From Syntrophales bacterium (GTDB taxonomy: Bacteria > Desulfobacterota > Syntrophia > Syntrophales > PHBD01), in NCBI GenBank assembly GCA_963668175.1, contig OY764159.1, forward strand, positions 3,168,001 to 3,232,000: a stretch of DNA of 64,000 nt, written 5' to 3'. Under the pieces are notes generated by a model. That model saw only the letters and a list, made by a program, of their open reading frames with translations. It had not been told where the DNA came from and ran no database searches. A program made the position numbers and the translations under genes. Below are positions 51,414 through 61,580 of this stretch, in pieces; positions within the stretch are counted from its first letter, which is position 1, and every line of letters begins with the position of its first letter.

Positions 51414-52742
51414 ATGACGAACCAGGATCGGCATAATGCATCCCTCGAAATCCCCATCGACGCAGCGTACCTTCCCGTAGCCACGGCGTTCGTTGAAAAC
51501 GCCGCAACGGCCATGGGTCTGGATAAACCCGAGGCCCTGTCGCTGACGCTGGCCACGGAGGAGATCATCACTTATCTGTGCCGCAAATCGGCGGGTGGCC
51601 GGACCATCAGGCTCCAGTGCCGGGGCGGCGTCTATTACGTGGCGGAGGAACTGACCTTTGCCGCCGGAGACTTTGACATGCGGGCCTTCAACCTGACGGC
51701 GCCGGCGTCCTTCGAAGACGAATCCGACGAGGGCGAGATGGGGCTTCTGATCGCCTCCCGCGTCGTGGACGAGGTCGATCTCCATGAGGACAGTACCGGC
51801 ATCCGCCTCGTCCTGAAGAAGGAAAAGGCCTATCCGTCAGCATCCGGTGACGACACCGCAAAAGCGCCGCCCGGCCTTTACGACGTTATCGTGCCCGATC
51901 CGGAGTTGCTGAAATATTTCATCCGCCTTCTGAATGGCGGGGCGGACAAGTCGCATTTGCCGACGGACTTCATATACCCCGGAAAAGTGGCGGACATGGC
52001 GGCCTCAGGCGAATACGGCGCCGCCGTGGCCTGCGACAAGGGCGGTCGCATCGGCGGCGGCATCCTATGGGAAATCGGCACGGGAAAAGCGAAAATGTGC
52101 CAATGCTTCGGCCCTTATGTTTTTGTGGGAGGCGCTGAAAAGGACCTGGCGGAAGCGCTCATGGATTTCTGTATCGGCGCCGTGGCGAAAACCCAGGCCA
52201 TAGGTATCTTCAGCCGTTATCCCGCCCGGAATTTCCCCGTAGATTATTTCGAAATGATCGGCAGCCTCGAACTGCCTATCGGCAGCGGCGGTGCGATGGA
52301 ATCGGTCCCCATCCACTTCCGGCAGCTCGAAGAGGACCTGGGCAGCGTCGCCTGGACCCATCCTGCCCTCGAACCCTTTCTTCAATCGACGTACGAGCGC
52401 CTGAGCTTCGCCCGGGAAACGATCGCCGTCCATGAGGAAGGCGAAACGGCGGCGGCATCCTCCGTGCTGTCCGTCCGGTTCGAACGCACCTCCGGCTACG
52501 CTTCGTTACGGCCCCTTTGGCCCGGCAAGGATATGGCGGAAAACATCGCGGGCCATCTGCGGATACTCCGGGACGAGGGCATTCCTGCGGTCTTCTTCGA
52601 AATGGACATCGGCCGCTCCTGGCAGGTACGCTTTACGCCGGCCCTCCTCGAAAGCGGCTTTACGCCCAGCGTCCTGCTCCCCCACGGCGGCGAGGGGGAC
52701 GTGGTGATTTTCCAGCACCTGCCCGAGGACCGGCGCCCATGA
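51414..52742 (+). CDS. Protein with N-terminal anti-sigma/HATPase-like domain and C-terminal GNAT-like region
   Basis: LTLATEEII..., EMGLLIASRVVDEV (RsbW-like, degenerate). Confidence 0.7.
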   Translation: MTNQDRHNASLEIPIDAAYLPVATAFVENAATAMGLDKPEALSLTLATEEIITYLCRKSAGGRTIRLQCRGGVYYVAEELTFAAGDFDMRAFNLTAPASFEDESDEGEMGLLIASRVVDEVDLHEDSTGIRLVLKKEKAYPSASGDDTAKAPPGLYDVIVPDPELLKYFIRLLNGGADKSHLPTDFIYPGKVADMAASGEYGAAVACDKGGRIGGGILWEIGTGKAKMCQCFGPYVFVGGAEKDLAEALMDFCIGAVAKTQAIGIFSRYPARNFPVDYFEMIGSLELPIGSGGAMESVPIHFRQLEEDLGSVAWTHPALEPFLQSTYERLSFARETIAVHEEGETAAASSVLSVRFERTSGYASLRPLWPGKDMAENIAGHLRILRDEGIPAVFFEMDIGRSWQVRFTPALLESGFTPSVLLPHGGEGDVVIFQHLPEDRRP

Positions 52743-53863
52743 ACCGCCCGCCGCTGCATACGCTCCTGCCCGAATACATCAAGCAGTTCGAGCCCTATAT
52801 TCCGAGCAAACCCGACGCGGAGCTCATAAAGCTGTATCGCTGCAGCCGCCTCCATCGCCTCAACAACAACGAAAACGCCCTCGGTCCGCCGGAAGCGGCG
52901 CGGGAGATCATCCGGCGCTTTCCGCCGCCCGGGGCCGCCGTCTATCCCAGCGGGGACTCCTACTACCTGCGCCAGAAGCTCGCAGCGAGGTTCGGCAAGG
53001 ACCCCGACCGGTTCATCGTCGGCAACGGCGCGAACGAGGCGATCGCCTTCGTCATCAAGGCCTTCTGCGAGGCGGGGGACAACATCGTCACAGCCGACAA
53101 AACATTCGCCGTCTACGAATGGGTTGCCCGGTTTTCCGGTTTCGAGGCCAGGATCGTGCCCCTGAAAGACCAGACATTCGACGACGAAGGCATGCTAGCC
53201 GCCATCGACGGCAGGACCAAGGTCGTCTTCCTGTGCAACCCCAACAACCCCACCGGGACCTACTGGAGCACGGACCGCTTGACGCGCTTCCTCGACCGCG
53301 TCAATAACCGCCTGATCGTCGTCGTGGACGAGGCGTACTGCGAGTTCGTGGAAAAAGACGACTATCCGGACGGGATGGCGCTGATGGAACGCTACCCGAA
53401 CCTCGTCGTCTTCCGCACGTTTTCCAAGATGTACGGCCTCGCGGCGCTGCGGATCGGCTATCTGGCAGGGGACATGGACGTGGTGGACGCCGTCCGGAGG
53501 ACGTGCATCGTCTATTCGGTCAATGCGCTGGCCCAGGAGGCCGCCATGGCCGCTCTGGACGACGACGAGCACGTCCGGCGGAGCAGGGACCTTGTCCGGG
53601 AGGGCAAGGCGTACGTGAAGCGGGAACTGGAAAGGATGGGGCTTTCCTATGTTTGCGGCGAGGGGAATTACATGATGATCAAACTGCCTATGAGCGATAC
53701 GCTCGCGTACCGGAAACTGATGGCCCGGGGGATCATGGTGCGCACCATGACCACCTTCCGCTTTCCCAACTACATCCGCCTGACGATTTCCACCCCGGAT
53801 GTCATGGAGGCGTTCGTCGCCGCCCTGGAGACAACCGTCGGCCGGCACCGGAAGCAATCCTGA
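52739..53863 (+). CDS. Histidinol-phosphate aminotransferase-like PLP enzyme
   Basis: NENALG, CNPNNPTG, DEAY, RTFSKMYGLAALRIGY. Confidence 0.9.
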   Translation: MNRPPLHTLLPEYIKQFEPYIPSKPDAELIKLYRCSRLHRLNNNENALGPPEAAREIIRRFPPPGAAVYPSGDSYYLRQKLAARFGKDPDRFIVGNGANEAIAFVIKAFCEAGDNIVTADKTFAVYEWVARFSGFEARIVPLKDQTFDDEGMLAAIDGRTKVVFLCNPNNPTGTYWSTDRLTRFLDRVNNRLIVVVDEAYCEFVEKDDYPDGMALMERYPNLVVFRTFSKMYGLAALRIGYLAGDMDVVDAVRRTCIVYSVNALAQEAAMAALDDDEHVRRSRDLVREGKAYVKRELERMGLSYVCGEGNYMMIKLPMSDTLAYRKLMARGIMVRTMTTFRFPNYIRLTISTPDVMEAFVAALETTVGRHRKQS

Positions 53864-53875
53864 CGCGGTCCCGGT

Positions 53876-54715
53876 TCATACATGGACGGCAAGGCGCAGG
53901 AGCAGGTTTCCCGCAACGGCCCTGCGGTAATTTGCGTCGGCCCTGACGTCGCCGATGGGGGCGACGGCATCCCTCGCGGCCCCGGCCGCGGCTTCCAGCG
54001 TTTCCCTATCCGGTTTCCTGCCGATCATCGCCTTCTCGGCCGCCGGACACGTCACCACCGTCGGCCCCACGCTCCCCCAGGCGAGGGAGGCCGAATCGAC
54101 GGCGCCGTTGCTTGTCATGCCGATCACCGCGGCCATACTGACAAGCGAACAGGCCAGAGCGTTGCGGTGGCCCACCTTTTCGTAATGCTGGACGGCGGAA
54201 GAAGCGGGCTTGACGATCCGGACCGCGGCGATGATTTCCCCGTGTTCCAGCCTGGTCCGTCCCGGCCCGGCGATGAAGTCCCTGATCGCCATACGCCGCA
54301 GGCCCGACCGGGAGATCAGTTCCACCTCCGCGCCCAAGGCATAAAGGGGCGGCAGCGTGTCCCCCGCCGGCGATGCCCGGCCGATGTTGCCGCCGATCGT
54401 GCCCATGTTGCGGACGATGGGCGATCCCAGCACCCGGATCGCCTGCGCCAGGACGGGCAGGTCTTTCCGGACCGAGTCATCGTCGAGGATATGGGCCAGG
54501 GTCGTGGCGGCTCCGATCCGAACGGCTCCGCCGTCGGCGCTTATGCCCCGCAGGTCGGCGATACGTTCCAGGCAGACGAGAGCGGGGAGCCCCTCCCCTC
54601 TTGCGTCGTACCGGACAAGCAGATCCGTCCCGCCCGCGTACGGCAGGGCGTTCGGTTCGCCGTCCAGACACGACCACAGTTCGTCCAGGGTTTGCGGGAG
54701 CAGGACTTTCTTCAA
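53876..54715 (-). CDS. Xanthine dehydrogenase family FAD-binding subunit
   Basis: AGGTDL, RNMGTIGGN..ASPAGD. Confidence 0.94.
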   Translation of the reverse strand: MKKVLLPQTLDELWSCLDGEPNALPYAGGTDLLVRYDARGEGLPALVCLERIADLRGISADGGAVRIGAATTLAHILDDDSVRKDLPVLAQAIRVLGSPIVRNMGTIGGNIGRASPAGDTLPPLYALGAEVELISRSGLRRMAIRDFIAGPGRTRLEHGEIIAAVRIVKPASSAVQHYEKVGHRNALACSLVSMAAVIGMTSNGAVDSASLAWGSVGPTVVTCPAAEKAMIGRKPDRETLEAAAGAARDAVAPIGDVRADANYRRAVAGNLLLRLAVHV

Positions 54716-55188
54716 GGCGATTCTTCCTTATCCATATTTCCGGCCGCCGTCATGACGGCATCGACGATCTTGTGGTATCCCGTGCAGCGGCAGAGGTTGC
54801 CGCCGATGCCTTCCCGGACGGCCTGCCGGTCCGGGTGAGGATTCTTTTGCAGGAGATGGAGCGACGTCATGACCATGCCCGGCGTACAGAAGCCGCACTG
54901 GACGGCGCCGCAATCGACAAAGGCCTGCTGGAGGGGATGGAGAGCGCCGTCTCTCCCTACCCCTTCGATCGTCGTGATCTCCCTGCCCTGCATTTGGACG
55001 GCCAGCATCAGGCAGGACGCGCGGGCCTCGCCGTCCACCAGGATCGTGCAGGCCCCGCAATCGCCGGCCCCGCATCCTTCCTTGGTTCCGGTCAATCCCA
55101 GGTCCTCCCGCAGGACGTCCACGACCCGCCGTCCCGGGTCCAGTTCCATGGCCTCCCTGCGTCCGTTCAACGTGAATTCGATCTTCAC
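54712..55188 (-). CDS. Xanthine dehydrogenase family (2Fe-2S) subunit
   Basis: GCGAGDCGAC, QCGFCTPG, NLCRCTGY; GTG start overlapping upstream stop. Confidence 0.95.
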   Translation of the reverse strand: MKIEFTLNGRREAMELDPGRRVVDVLREDLGLTGTKEGCGAGDCGACTILVDGEARASCLMLAVQMQGREITTIEGVGRDGALHPLQQAFVDCGAVQCGFCTPGMVMTSLHLLQKNPHPDRQAVREGIGGNLCRCTGYHKIVDAVMTAAGNMDKEESP

Positions 55189-57485
55189 AGGGCCTCCCCC
55201 TTTCCGCTTTCGGATCTTCTTCCCAGGATGCACGGCGCCGTGAGCGGCGCGCAATCGACAGAGCAGCCCACAGCATCCTCGACGGCCGCGGCGACGGCCG
55301 GAAGCGGGGCGTTCACGCCGACCTCGCCGATGCCCTTCATGCCGAAGGGCCCGGAAGGCTCGTCCGACGGCACGATGGCGGTCGAGATGTCCGGAACGTC
55401 CATGGCGGTCGGGATCATGTACGTAAAAAAATCGGGGTTTTGGATCACGCCGTCGCGCACCTGGACGTCTTCCATGAGGGCATAGCCGAGGCCCTGGGCG
55501 ACAGCACCCTCGACCTGCTGCGCAAAGGTCCGGGGATTGATGACGCCGCCGCCTTCCGTCACGGCGTGATAAGCGAGGACATCCGCCTTGCCCGTCAGTT
55601 CGTCCACCTCGACGCAGGCCACATGGGCGCCGTAAGAGAAGATCGCGTGGGGAAAGCCCAGGCGGAAGGCCTTACCCGTGTCCGGAACTTCCTGGATGAC
55701 GGGCATGACGCAGCGGTTCGTACAGACCCGCTCCACCTCGGGCATGAAACGCGCCAGCAGCTCCAGGGGAATCGATTTTCCGGAGGGGCCGTGGCGGACG
55801 CAGCCGGCCTCAAGTTTGAAATCCTTCGTCTCGTCGATCAGGAGCGCCAGGGCCGCCCAGTGAAAGAGCCGCCGCTTCAGTTCGTCGCAGGCGCCGATGA
55901 GGGCGTTGCCGTAGGTGTAAGTCGTGCGGCTCGCCGACGACGATCCGGAAGGCAGCGTCCGGTCAGTGTCCGGCTGGACGAGTTCCATCCGCGAGGCGTC
56001 CTGCCTCAGGATGTCCCCCGCAATCTGGACGAAGGTGCTGGCGTTGCCCTGCCCCATATCCGACACGCCGTTCAGCACGCGTATTTTGCCCTCCGGCGTC
56101 AGTTCGATCCGGGCGATGGCGGCATCGGGAAGCCCCCTGCCGTAACCCATGGCGTTGAAGACGGCGGCGATCCCCACGCCGCGTTGCTTGAAGGGACCCG
56201 CGCCGCCCTTCCAGCGGCTGCGGTCCGTCCAGAGGGGATGCCCCTTGATCGCCTCCAGGCAGGGCACCATGCCCGTCGAATAGATCATTTTCACACCGGC
56301 GCAGTTCGTATCGCCCGGCCTGAGCGCATTCTTCAGCCTCAGATCCAGGGGGTCCATGCCGAGCTTCGCCGCCAGCCGGTCCATCATCCGCTCGAAGGCG
56401 AAGCTGACCTGGCACACGCCGAAACCGCGCATGGCGCCGGCGACGGGATGGTTGGTGTAGACGCACCATCCCTCGATGAGGGCGTTGGGTATCCGGTAAG
56501 GCCCGGCGGCATGCTCCATCCCCAGTTCCATGACCTCGCCGCCGAGATGGGCATACGCCCCCGTGTCGTAATAGAGCTTTGCCGACAGCGCACGAAGCGT
56601 ACCGTCCGCGTCCGCCGCCAGGCGGTAAACCATCCGGACCGCGTGGCGCTTGTACCCCGCCAGGAAGCTCTCTTCGCGGTCCCACCACATCTTGACGGGC
56701 CTGCCCCCCGCATGCATAGCGGCCAGGGCCAGCAGGCACTGGACGGTCGCGCCGTCCTTGCCGCCGAAGGCGCCGCCCAGAAAGGGGCTGATGATCCGAA
56801 TGCTGTTCACGTCGAGACCCAGGGCATGGGCGATCTCGAAGCGGTCCCGAAAGGGGGCCTGGGTGGAAACGGTCATGACGATCCTGCCGTCCGCTTCCCT
56901 CCGGGCCACACCGTTTTCCGTTTCCAGAAAAGCATGCTCCTGGAAGGGAACGGAAAATTCGCCCTCGACGACGACTGCGGCGCCGGCAAAACCCTTTTCC
57001 GGGTCTCCTTTTCTTATGTCCGCCGCCAGCAATGTGTTGCCCCCGTCGTGTACCAGGGGAGCATCGGGCTGCAGGGCCTCTTCGGGAGCAAAAACTGCGG
57101 GCAGGGGTTCGAAGTCCGCTTCGATGAGGGCGGCGGCCTGCGCGGCGGCCGATCTGGTTTCGGCAACCACGAGGGCGACGGCGTCACCGCAATGCCGGAC
57201 CTTGTCCCCGGCGATTACCGGCTGGTCCTTGTGGATGATCCCCTGGCGGTTCGTCCCCGGTACGTCCGCCGCCGTAAGGACGGCGACCACGCCGGGAAAG
57301 GCCTTCGCTCTCGATGTATCGACGCGCACGATCCGCCCGTGGGGGATGCCCGCCCGCCTCGCCTTCGCCCAGAGAAGGTTCTCCGGATACTCGTCCGCGG
57401 CGTACTTCTCCTTCCCCGTAACCTTGGCGGCGGCATCGAAACGCGGCTCCGGGCGTCCTACGGCCATGGCCTTCTCTTCCGTCAT
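55185..57485 (-). CDS. Xanthine dehydrogenase family molybdopterin-binding subunit
   Basis: GGAFGGK, AMRGFG, GQG, GPFGMKGIGE. Confidence 0.95.
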   Translation of the reverse strand: MTEEKAMAVGRPEPRFDAAAKVTGKEKYAADEYPENLLWAKARRAGIPHGRIVRVDTSRAKAFPGVVAVLTAADVPGTNRQGIIHKDQPVIAGDKVRHCGDAVALVVAETRSAAAQAAALIEADFEPLPAVFAPEEALQPDAPLVHDGGNTLLAADIRKGDPEKGFAGAAVVVEGEFSVPFQEHAFLETENGVARREADGRIVMTVSTQAPFRDRFEIAHALGLDVNSIRIISPFLGGAFGGKDGATVQCLLALAAMHAGGRPVKMWWDREESFLAGYKRHAVRMVYRLAADADGTLRALSAKLYYDTGAYAHLGGEVMELGMEHAAGPYRIPNALIEGWCVYTNHPVAGAMRGFGVCQVSFAFERMMDRLAAKLGMDPLDLRLKNALRPGDTNCAGVKMIYSTGMVPCLEAIKGHPLWTDRSRWKGGAGPFKQRGVGIAAVFNAMGYGRGLPDAAIARIELTPEGKIRVLNGVSDMGQGNASTFVQIAGDILRQDASRMELVQPDTDRTLPSGSSSASRTTYTYGNALIGACDELKRRLFHWAALALLIDETKDFKLEAGCVRHGPSGKSIPLELLARFMPEVERVCTNRCVMPVIQEVPDTGKAFRLGFPHAIFSYGAHVACVEVDELTGKADVLAYHAVTEGGGVINPRTFAQQVEGAVAQGLGYALMEDVQVRDGVIQNPDFFTYMIPTAMDVPDISTAIVPSDEPSGPFGMKGIGEVGVNAPLPAVAAAVEDAVGCSVDCAPLTAPCILGRRSESGKGEAL

Positions 57486-57592
57486 GCTGTCATTTATCCT
57501 TCCGTCGGCGGCATCCCGCCCTTCATCTTCCTTCCCTGTTTATACCATACCCGGGCATTTCTGTCGTCCCCAATCGGCGGACCGCCTCGCCC

Positions 57593-58792
57593 TTATTGCC
57601 GAGAACCCGCCCGGCCCGACGCCCGGCCTGCGGCCGCTACGGACAGGCCGCATCCGATCAGCACGAAGAAGACGCAGCTTATCATCGTAGCGGAGACGGA
57701 ACATCCGGCGGCGATCAGCGCCCCTCCCAGGTAGGGGCCGAGGAAAAATCCCCCGTCCATCATGAAGAGGGCAATGTTTGTGTTCAGCCCCCGGTGGCGC
57801 GGCGGCGAAATGTCGAAGAGCGCGGCGTTGAGCATCGGGATGCCGACGCCGACGCACAATCCGTAAACGGCGGCAAGGACAAAGAAGATAACCTCCGAAG
57901 AAACAAAACGGAGCGCAAGGAGGCAGACGGCGAGCGCCGCCATAGCCGCGGAAAGCGTCCGGAGTTTGTCGAGCCGGTCGAATATTCTGCTTCCCAGGAG
58001 GCGTACCGCTATCATCACGGCCGTGTAAATCGTGAAGAACGCGCCGACATTTTTCATTCCCGCCGCCAGGGCAAAATCCTTCATGAAGAAGAAGACCGTG
58101 GCGTGGCTGATATAAATGAAGAAATTGATCCCGAAGAGAAGGGCGATATCCCGGTTGCGGATATTCTCCCTGACGTCCGCAAAAGACGGGCGGGAGAATG
58201 CGGCGCCTCCGGCCTTCGCAGCCGCGATCATCCTTTTTCCGATACACAAAAGCAGGACCGCGGCCGGCAGCGCCAGAAAGGCTACGCCCGCATAGATATC
58301 GGCCTCGCTCTCCACGCGGCCGAGGAGATATTCCGTGACGGGCGGCATCACCGCATAGGGGATAAGCGTGGCAAGACTGATGACGCTGAATCCTTCGGCG
58401 CTCCTTTGCCGGGGAATGAAGTTCACGACGACCGTAAAAGCTGCGGAGACAAGGAGGACGAAGGCCGTCCCGTGAAGGATGCGAACGGCGGCGATACCCG
58501 GCACGGACAGGACGTACCGGTACGACATCAGGGCCAGGACCAGCATGACAAGCGATGCGGCCATCAAGCCGGGAGCGTTGCCGGCGTGCAGCCGGGATAT
58601 CACGAACGGCCGGAGGAGAAAGGCGGCCATCGGCTCCAGCCCGAGGAGGAAGCCTCTCCAGACGGGGGGAACGCCGATCCGTCCAAGATAGGTGTAAAAG
58701 CTGTAGAAGACGGCGATATTGAGAAACGCAAAGAGCATGATGACCGTGACGGCTATGAATTCGAGGCTGTACAGACGCCGGGGTTCTTCCAT
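57593..58792 (-). CDS. MFS transporter
   Basis: About 12 TM helices; GSRIFDRLDK motif A-like. Confidence 0.9.
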   Translation of the reverse strand: MEEPRRLYSLEFIAVTVIMLFAFLNIAVFYSFYTYLGRIGVPPVWRGFLLGLEPMAAFLLRPFVISRLHAGNAPGLMAASLVMLVLALMSYRYVLSVPGIAAVRILHGTAFVLLVSAAFTVVVNFIPRQRSAEGFSVISLATLIPYAVMPPVTEYLLGRVESEADIYAGVAFLALPAAVLLLCIGKRMIAAAKAGGAAFSRPSFADVRENIRNRDIALLFGINFFIYISHATVFFFMKDFALAAGMKNVGAFFTIYTAVMIAVRLLGSRIFDRLDKLRTLSAAMAALAVCLLALRFVSSEVIFFVLAAVYGLCVGVGIPMLNAALFDISPPRHRGLNTNIALFMMDGGFFLGPYLGGALIAAGCSVSATMISCVFFVLIGCGLSVAAAGRASGRAGSRQ

Positions 58793-59055
58793 GGTTTCCT
58801 CTTCCGGTTCGCGCAGCGTATCGCCGCAGGTGCAGGAGAACGGCCGGGGCTGTCCCCTTCCCTCACCGTCTTTACGGGACGACGGTAAGACCTTTTCTTT
58901 TGACAAAGCAGGGATGCTCCGTTATATCTGTCGAGCCTCCGGCGACGATCGTTCCATACCACGAAAGGCGGGAAAATGACACGTTCAATCGACCGGGAAA
59001 GACCGGACGGCCGATACATCCTGCCGCAAAGACGGGAAAGGAGCGGTGCCACAGC

Positions 59056-60081
59056 ATGAACGACAACGAGAGAACATCGTCCGAGGAATTCGAGGTCGGC
59101 TTCTTCCGCCCGGAGGATGCCGAAGGCATCGTTGCGCTCTTCCGTTCCGTGTATGGGGAAGGCTACCCGATCAGGATGTTTTACGATCCCGCGGCCATCG
59201 CCGCCGCCAATGCCGCGGGGGACTACTACTCCTTCGTGGCCCGAACGGCCGCAGGCAAAGTGGGCGGCGTGATGCATATCTTCCGCTCCGCACCGAATCC
59301 GGACATCTACGAATGGGGATCGGGCCTGGTCTTGAACGAATACCGACAACTGGGACTTTCCAGCCGTCTGATCCGGTTCCTGTTCGACGATTGGGTGCGC
59401 GAGCGGGAAAACATCCATGCGATCTACGGCGAGGCGGTCTGCAACCATCCCTACATGCAGAAGAGCGCTGTCGATCTCGCGTTTACCGCCACGTCGCTCG
59501 AAGTCGCCCTCATGCCCGCCGAGGCCTATTCGACGGAAAAGAACGCCCCGGGGCGCGTCGCCTCGCTCTTCATGGCGAAGACCTATCGCCCCCGGCCCCA
59601 TACGGTCCACATCCCGGCCGTTTACAAACGGGAGCTTAGGTCTATCTATGCCCGCCTCGACGACGAGAGGACGCTGACGCCCGCCGAAGCGACGACATAC
59701 GGAGAGCCGGCCTCCACTATCGACATGACCCTTTTCGATTTCGCCCAGGTGGCCCGGATAGCCGTTTCCGCCATCGGCGCCGATTTTCCGGAGCGCTTGC
59801 AGACCCTGGAGGAAGAGGCCCGCGGGAAGAACGCCCTTGTCATCCAGGTGTGGCTCCCCTTGCACACGGCGGCGATCGGCCCGGCCGTCGATTGTCTTCG
59901 CAGCCGGAGCTACTTCTTCGGCGGCCTCTTGCCCCAGTGGTTCGGCCACGACGCCCTCCTGATGCAGAAGCTCTACTGCCCCCCGGACTTCGAAAACATC
60001 CAGTTGTACGAAGAGAATGGCAAGCAGGTTTTCGACATGTTGAAGGAAGACTGGCAGCGGGTGACGGGCGGCGATTTCTGA
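59056..60081 (+). CDS. GNAT-like protein
   Basis: FRPEDAEGIVALFRSVYG, YRQLGLS. Confidence 0.75.
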   Translation: MNDNERTSSEEFEVGFFRPEDAEGIVALFRSVYGEGYPIRMFYDPAAIAAANAAGDYYSFVARTAAGKVGGVMHIFRSAPNPDIYEWGSGLVLNEYRQLGLSSRLIRFLFDDWVRERENIHAIYGEAVCNHPYMQKSAVDLAFTATSLEVALMPAEAYSTEKNAPGRVASLFMAKTYRPRPHTVHIPAVYKRELRSIYARLDDERTLTPAEATTYGEPASTIDMTLFDFAQVARIAVSAIGADFPERLQTLEEEARGKNALVIQVWLPLHTAAIGPAVDCLRSRSYFFGGLLPQWFGHDALLMQKLYCPPDFENIQLYEENGKQVFDMLKEDWQRVTGGDF

Positions 60082-60273
60082 TCCTGCCCCAGAGCGTGGG
60101 CTACACCCGCACATTGCCGGCCTGTCGGGGAAACGAGACGGCATCACCCGGTTGATAACACCGCTTGCCATATCTCCCCCGATTTTGCCAAAATTCGCTG
60201 GCTTCCGCGCCTCCCACCCGTTACAATCATCTTGACGTAATTCAATTCATGAATCTTTAAAGGAGGGAACATC

Positions 60274-60603
60274 ATGGACGATCATTTTTATGCGAAGGAC
60301 TCGAAGGGATTGAAGAAGCTGGCGGGACTGAAAAACGACATGTTCAAATCCTTTCTCGAATTCGACGGCAAGGTCTTCGCCGAGGGCAGCCTGTCGGTCA
60401 AGACCAAGGAGCTGATCGCCATCGGCGCGGCCCACATCACCCGGTGCCCCTATTGCATCGACGGCCACGTTAAACGGGCGAAGAAGGCGGGCGCCACCGA
60501 CGAGGAGATCGCCGAGGCGGTTTTCGTGGGCGTCGCCATGAGCGCCGGGGCCGCCGTCGCCCACTCGCGCGTCGCCATGGACGCCATCGAGCCGGATAAA
60601 TGA
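60274..60603 (+). CDS. Carboxymuconolactone decarboxylase / AhpD family protein
   Basis: KTKELIA, CPYCIDGH, GATDEEIAEA. Confidence 0.93.
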   Translation: MDDHFYAKDSKGLKKLAGLKNDMFKSFLEFDGKVFAEGSLSVKTKELIAIGAAHITRCPYCIDGHVKRAKKAGATDEEIAEAVFVGVAMSAGAAVAHSRVAMDAIEPDK

Positions 60604-60647
60604 CCGCACAGCCGGAAGCGATTTTTCGATCCTTCCGCCGTTCCGCC
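60508..60647 (+). repeat. Direct repeat, copy 1 (3' end of CMD gene plus downstream sequence)
   Basis: Matches 61428-61528; 42 bp identical (60595-60636 = 61476-61517). Confidence 0.9.
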
Positions 60648-60724
60648 ATCGGGACGCGCGGAAGGGTAGGAAGGTCCATGGATATTTCTTGCCTGCATGG
60701 GACACAAACCGGGCTGCCTATGCG

Positions 60725-61000
60725 CTATACAATATGGACAGCCAATCTCTTGCCTAAGGCTTTGGCAACCCTGTCCAGAGTCGAAAGCTTGATGTCCTCC
60801 GCATGGTTTTCAATCCTTGAAATCGCTGTTTTCTTCGTTTTGAGGCGCGTCGCAAGCTCCTCCTGGGTCAAACCTGCGGATTCCCTTGCGTGACGAAGAA
60901 GAACGCCTATCTTGAACTGCTCATACCCCTCATCGAACCCTTCCGCGAATTCACGGTCCGTCTTTTTCCGCTTGGCAATATAATTTTTCAGGTCGCTCAT
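60725..61000 (-). CDS. XRE HTH antitoxin (HigA-like)
   Basis: [13 protein letters not shown]...AISRIEN; 4-nt overlap with toxin. Confidence 0.9.
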   Translation of the reverse strand: MSDLKNYIAKRKKTDREFAEGFDEGYEQFKIGVLLRHARESAGLTQEELATRLKTKKTAISRIENHAEDIKLSTLDRVAKALGKRLAVHIV

Positions 61001-61353
61001 ATTTTTGTCCTCTTGCTCAAATAATCTCTCTTGTACGATTCCGCCCTTGCTATTTCCTGTTTGGGCGTTTTCTGCGTCTTTTTGACGAAACCATGGGTTA
61101 GAACCAACACCGAATACCCCTCAAAGAAACAGAATATTCGATAGATATTCGCGCCGTACTGAATCCTGCACTCCCATATGTCCTCTGTTCCGATCAGTTT
61201 CTTGAAATAAGCGGCCGGCACGATCTCCAAATCTTCCACGAGACGCAACACCCAAACAACCTTTTGCGCTGCTTTTCCCGGCAGGGAATCGAGAAAATTC
61301 AGAACAGGACATTTCCCGTCCGACGTTCTGTAAAAGATGACAGTTCTTTTCAT
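60997..61353 (-). CDS. RelE/ParE superfamily toxin (Gp49/HigB-like)
   Basis: FY...[32 protein letters not shown]. Confidence 0.92.
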   Translation of the reverse strand: MKRTVIFYRTSDGKCPVLNFLDSLPGKAAQKVVWVLRLVEDLEIVPAAYFKKLIGTEDIWECRIQYGANIYRIFCFFEGYSVLVLTHGFVKKTQKTPKQEIARAESYKRDYLSKRTKI

Positions 61354-61359
61354 AACCAT

Positions 61360-61388
61360 ATGTTAACCTGCGTGTTAACATTTGTCAA
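61360..61388 (-). promoter_or_regulatory. TA promoter and operator
   Basis: TTGACA-N17-TAACAT overlapped by palindrome ATGTTAAC-N6-GTTAACAT. Confidence 0.7.
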
Positions 61389-61427
61389 GGCCATTTCCCG
61401 TAAGGTCATAGCCGCAGATGAAAATAA

Positions 61428-61528
61428 ATCGCCGAGGCGGTTTTTGTGGGCATCGCCATGGACGCCGTCGAGCCCGATAAATGACCGCACAGCCGGAAGC
61501 GATTTTTCGATCCTTCCCGCGTTCCGCC
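61428..61528 (+). pseudogene. Direct repeat, copy 2: degenerate fragment of CMD gene 3' end
   Basis: IAEAVFVGIAM/DAVEPDK*, with a 39-bp deletion relative to copy 1. Confidence 0.85.
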
Positions 61529-61580
61529 GCCGGGGCGCTTCGGGATCGCCGCGACATGCTTCCTGGCTTCCTGTCCTGTT

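Noticed and set aside
55440..57734. 764-aa ORF antisense to the xdh large subunit (and similar shadows over tex, MCP, MFS)
   Set aside because: Antisense shadows typical of high-GC coding DNA
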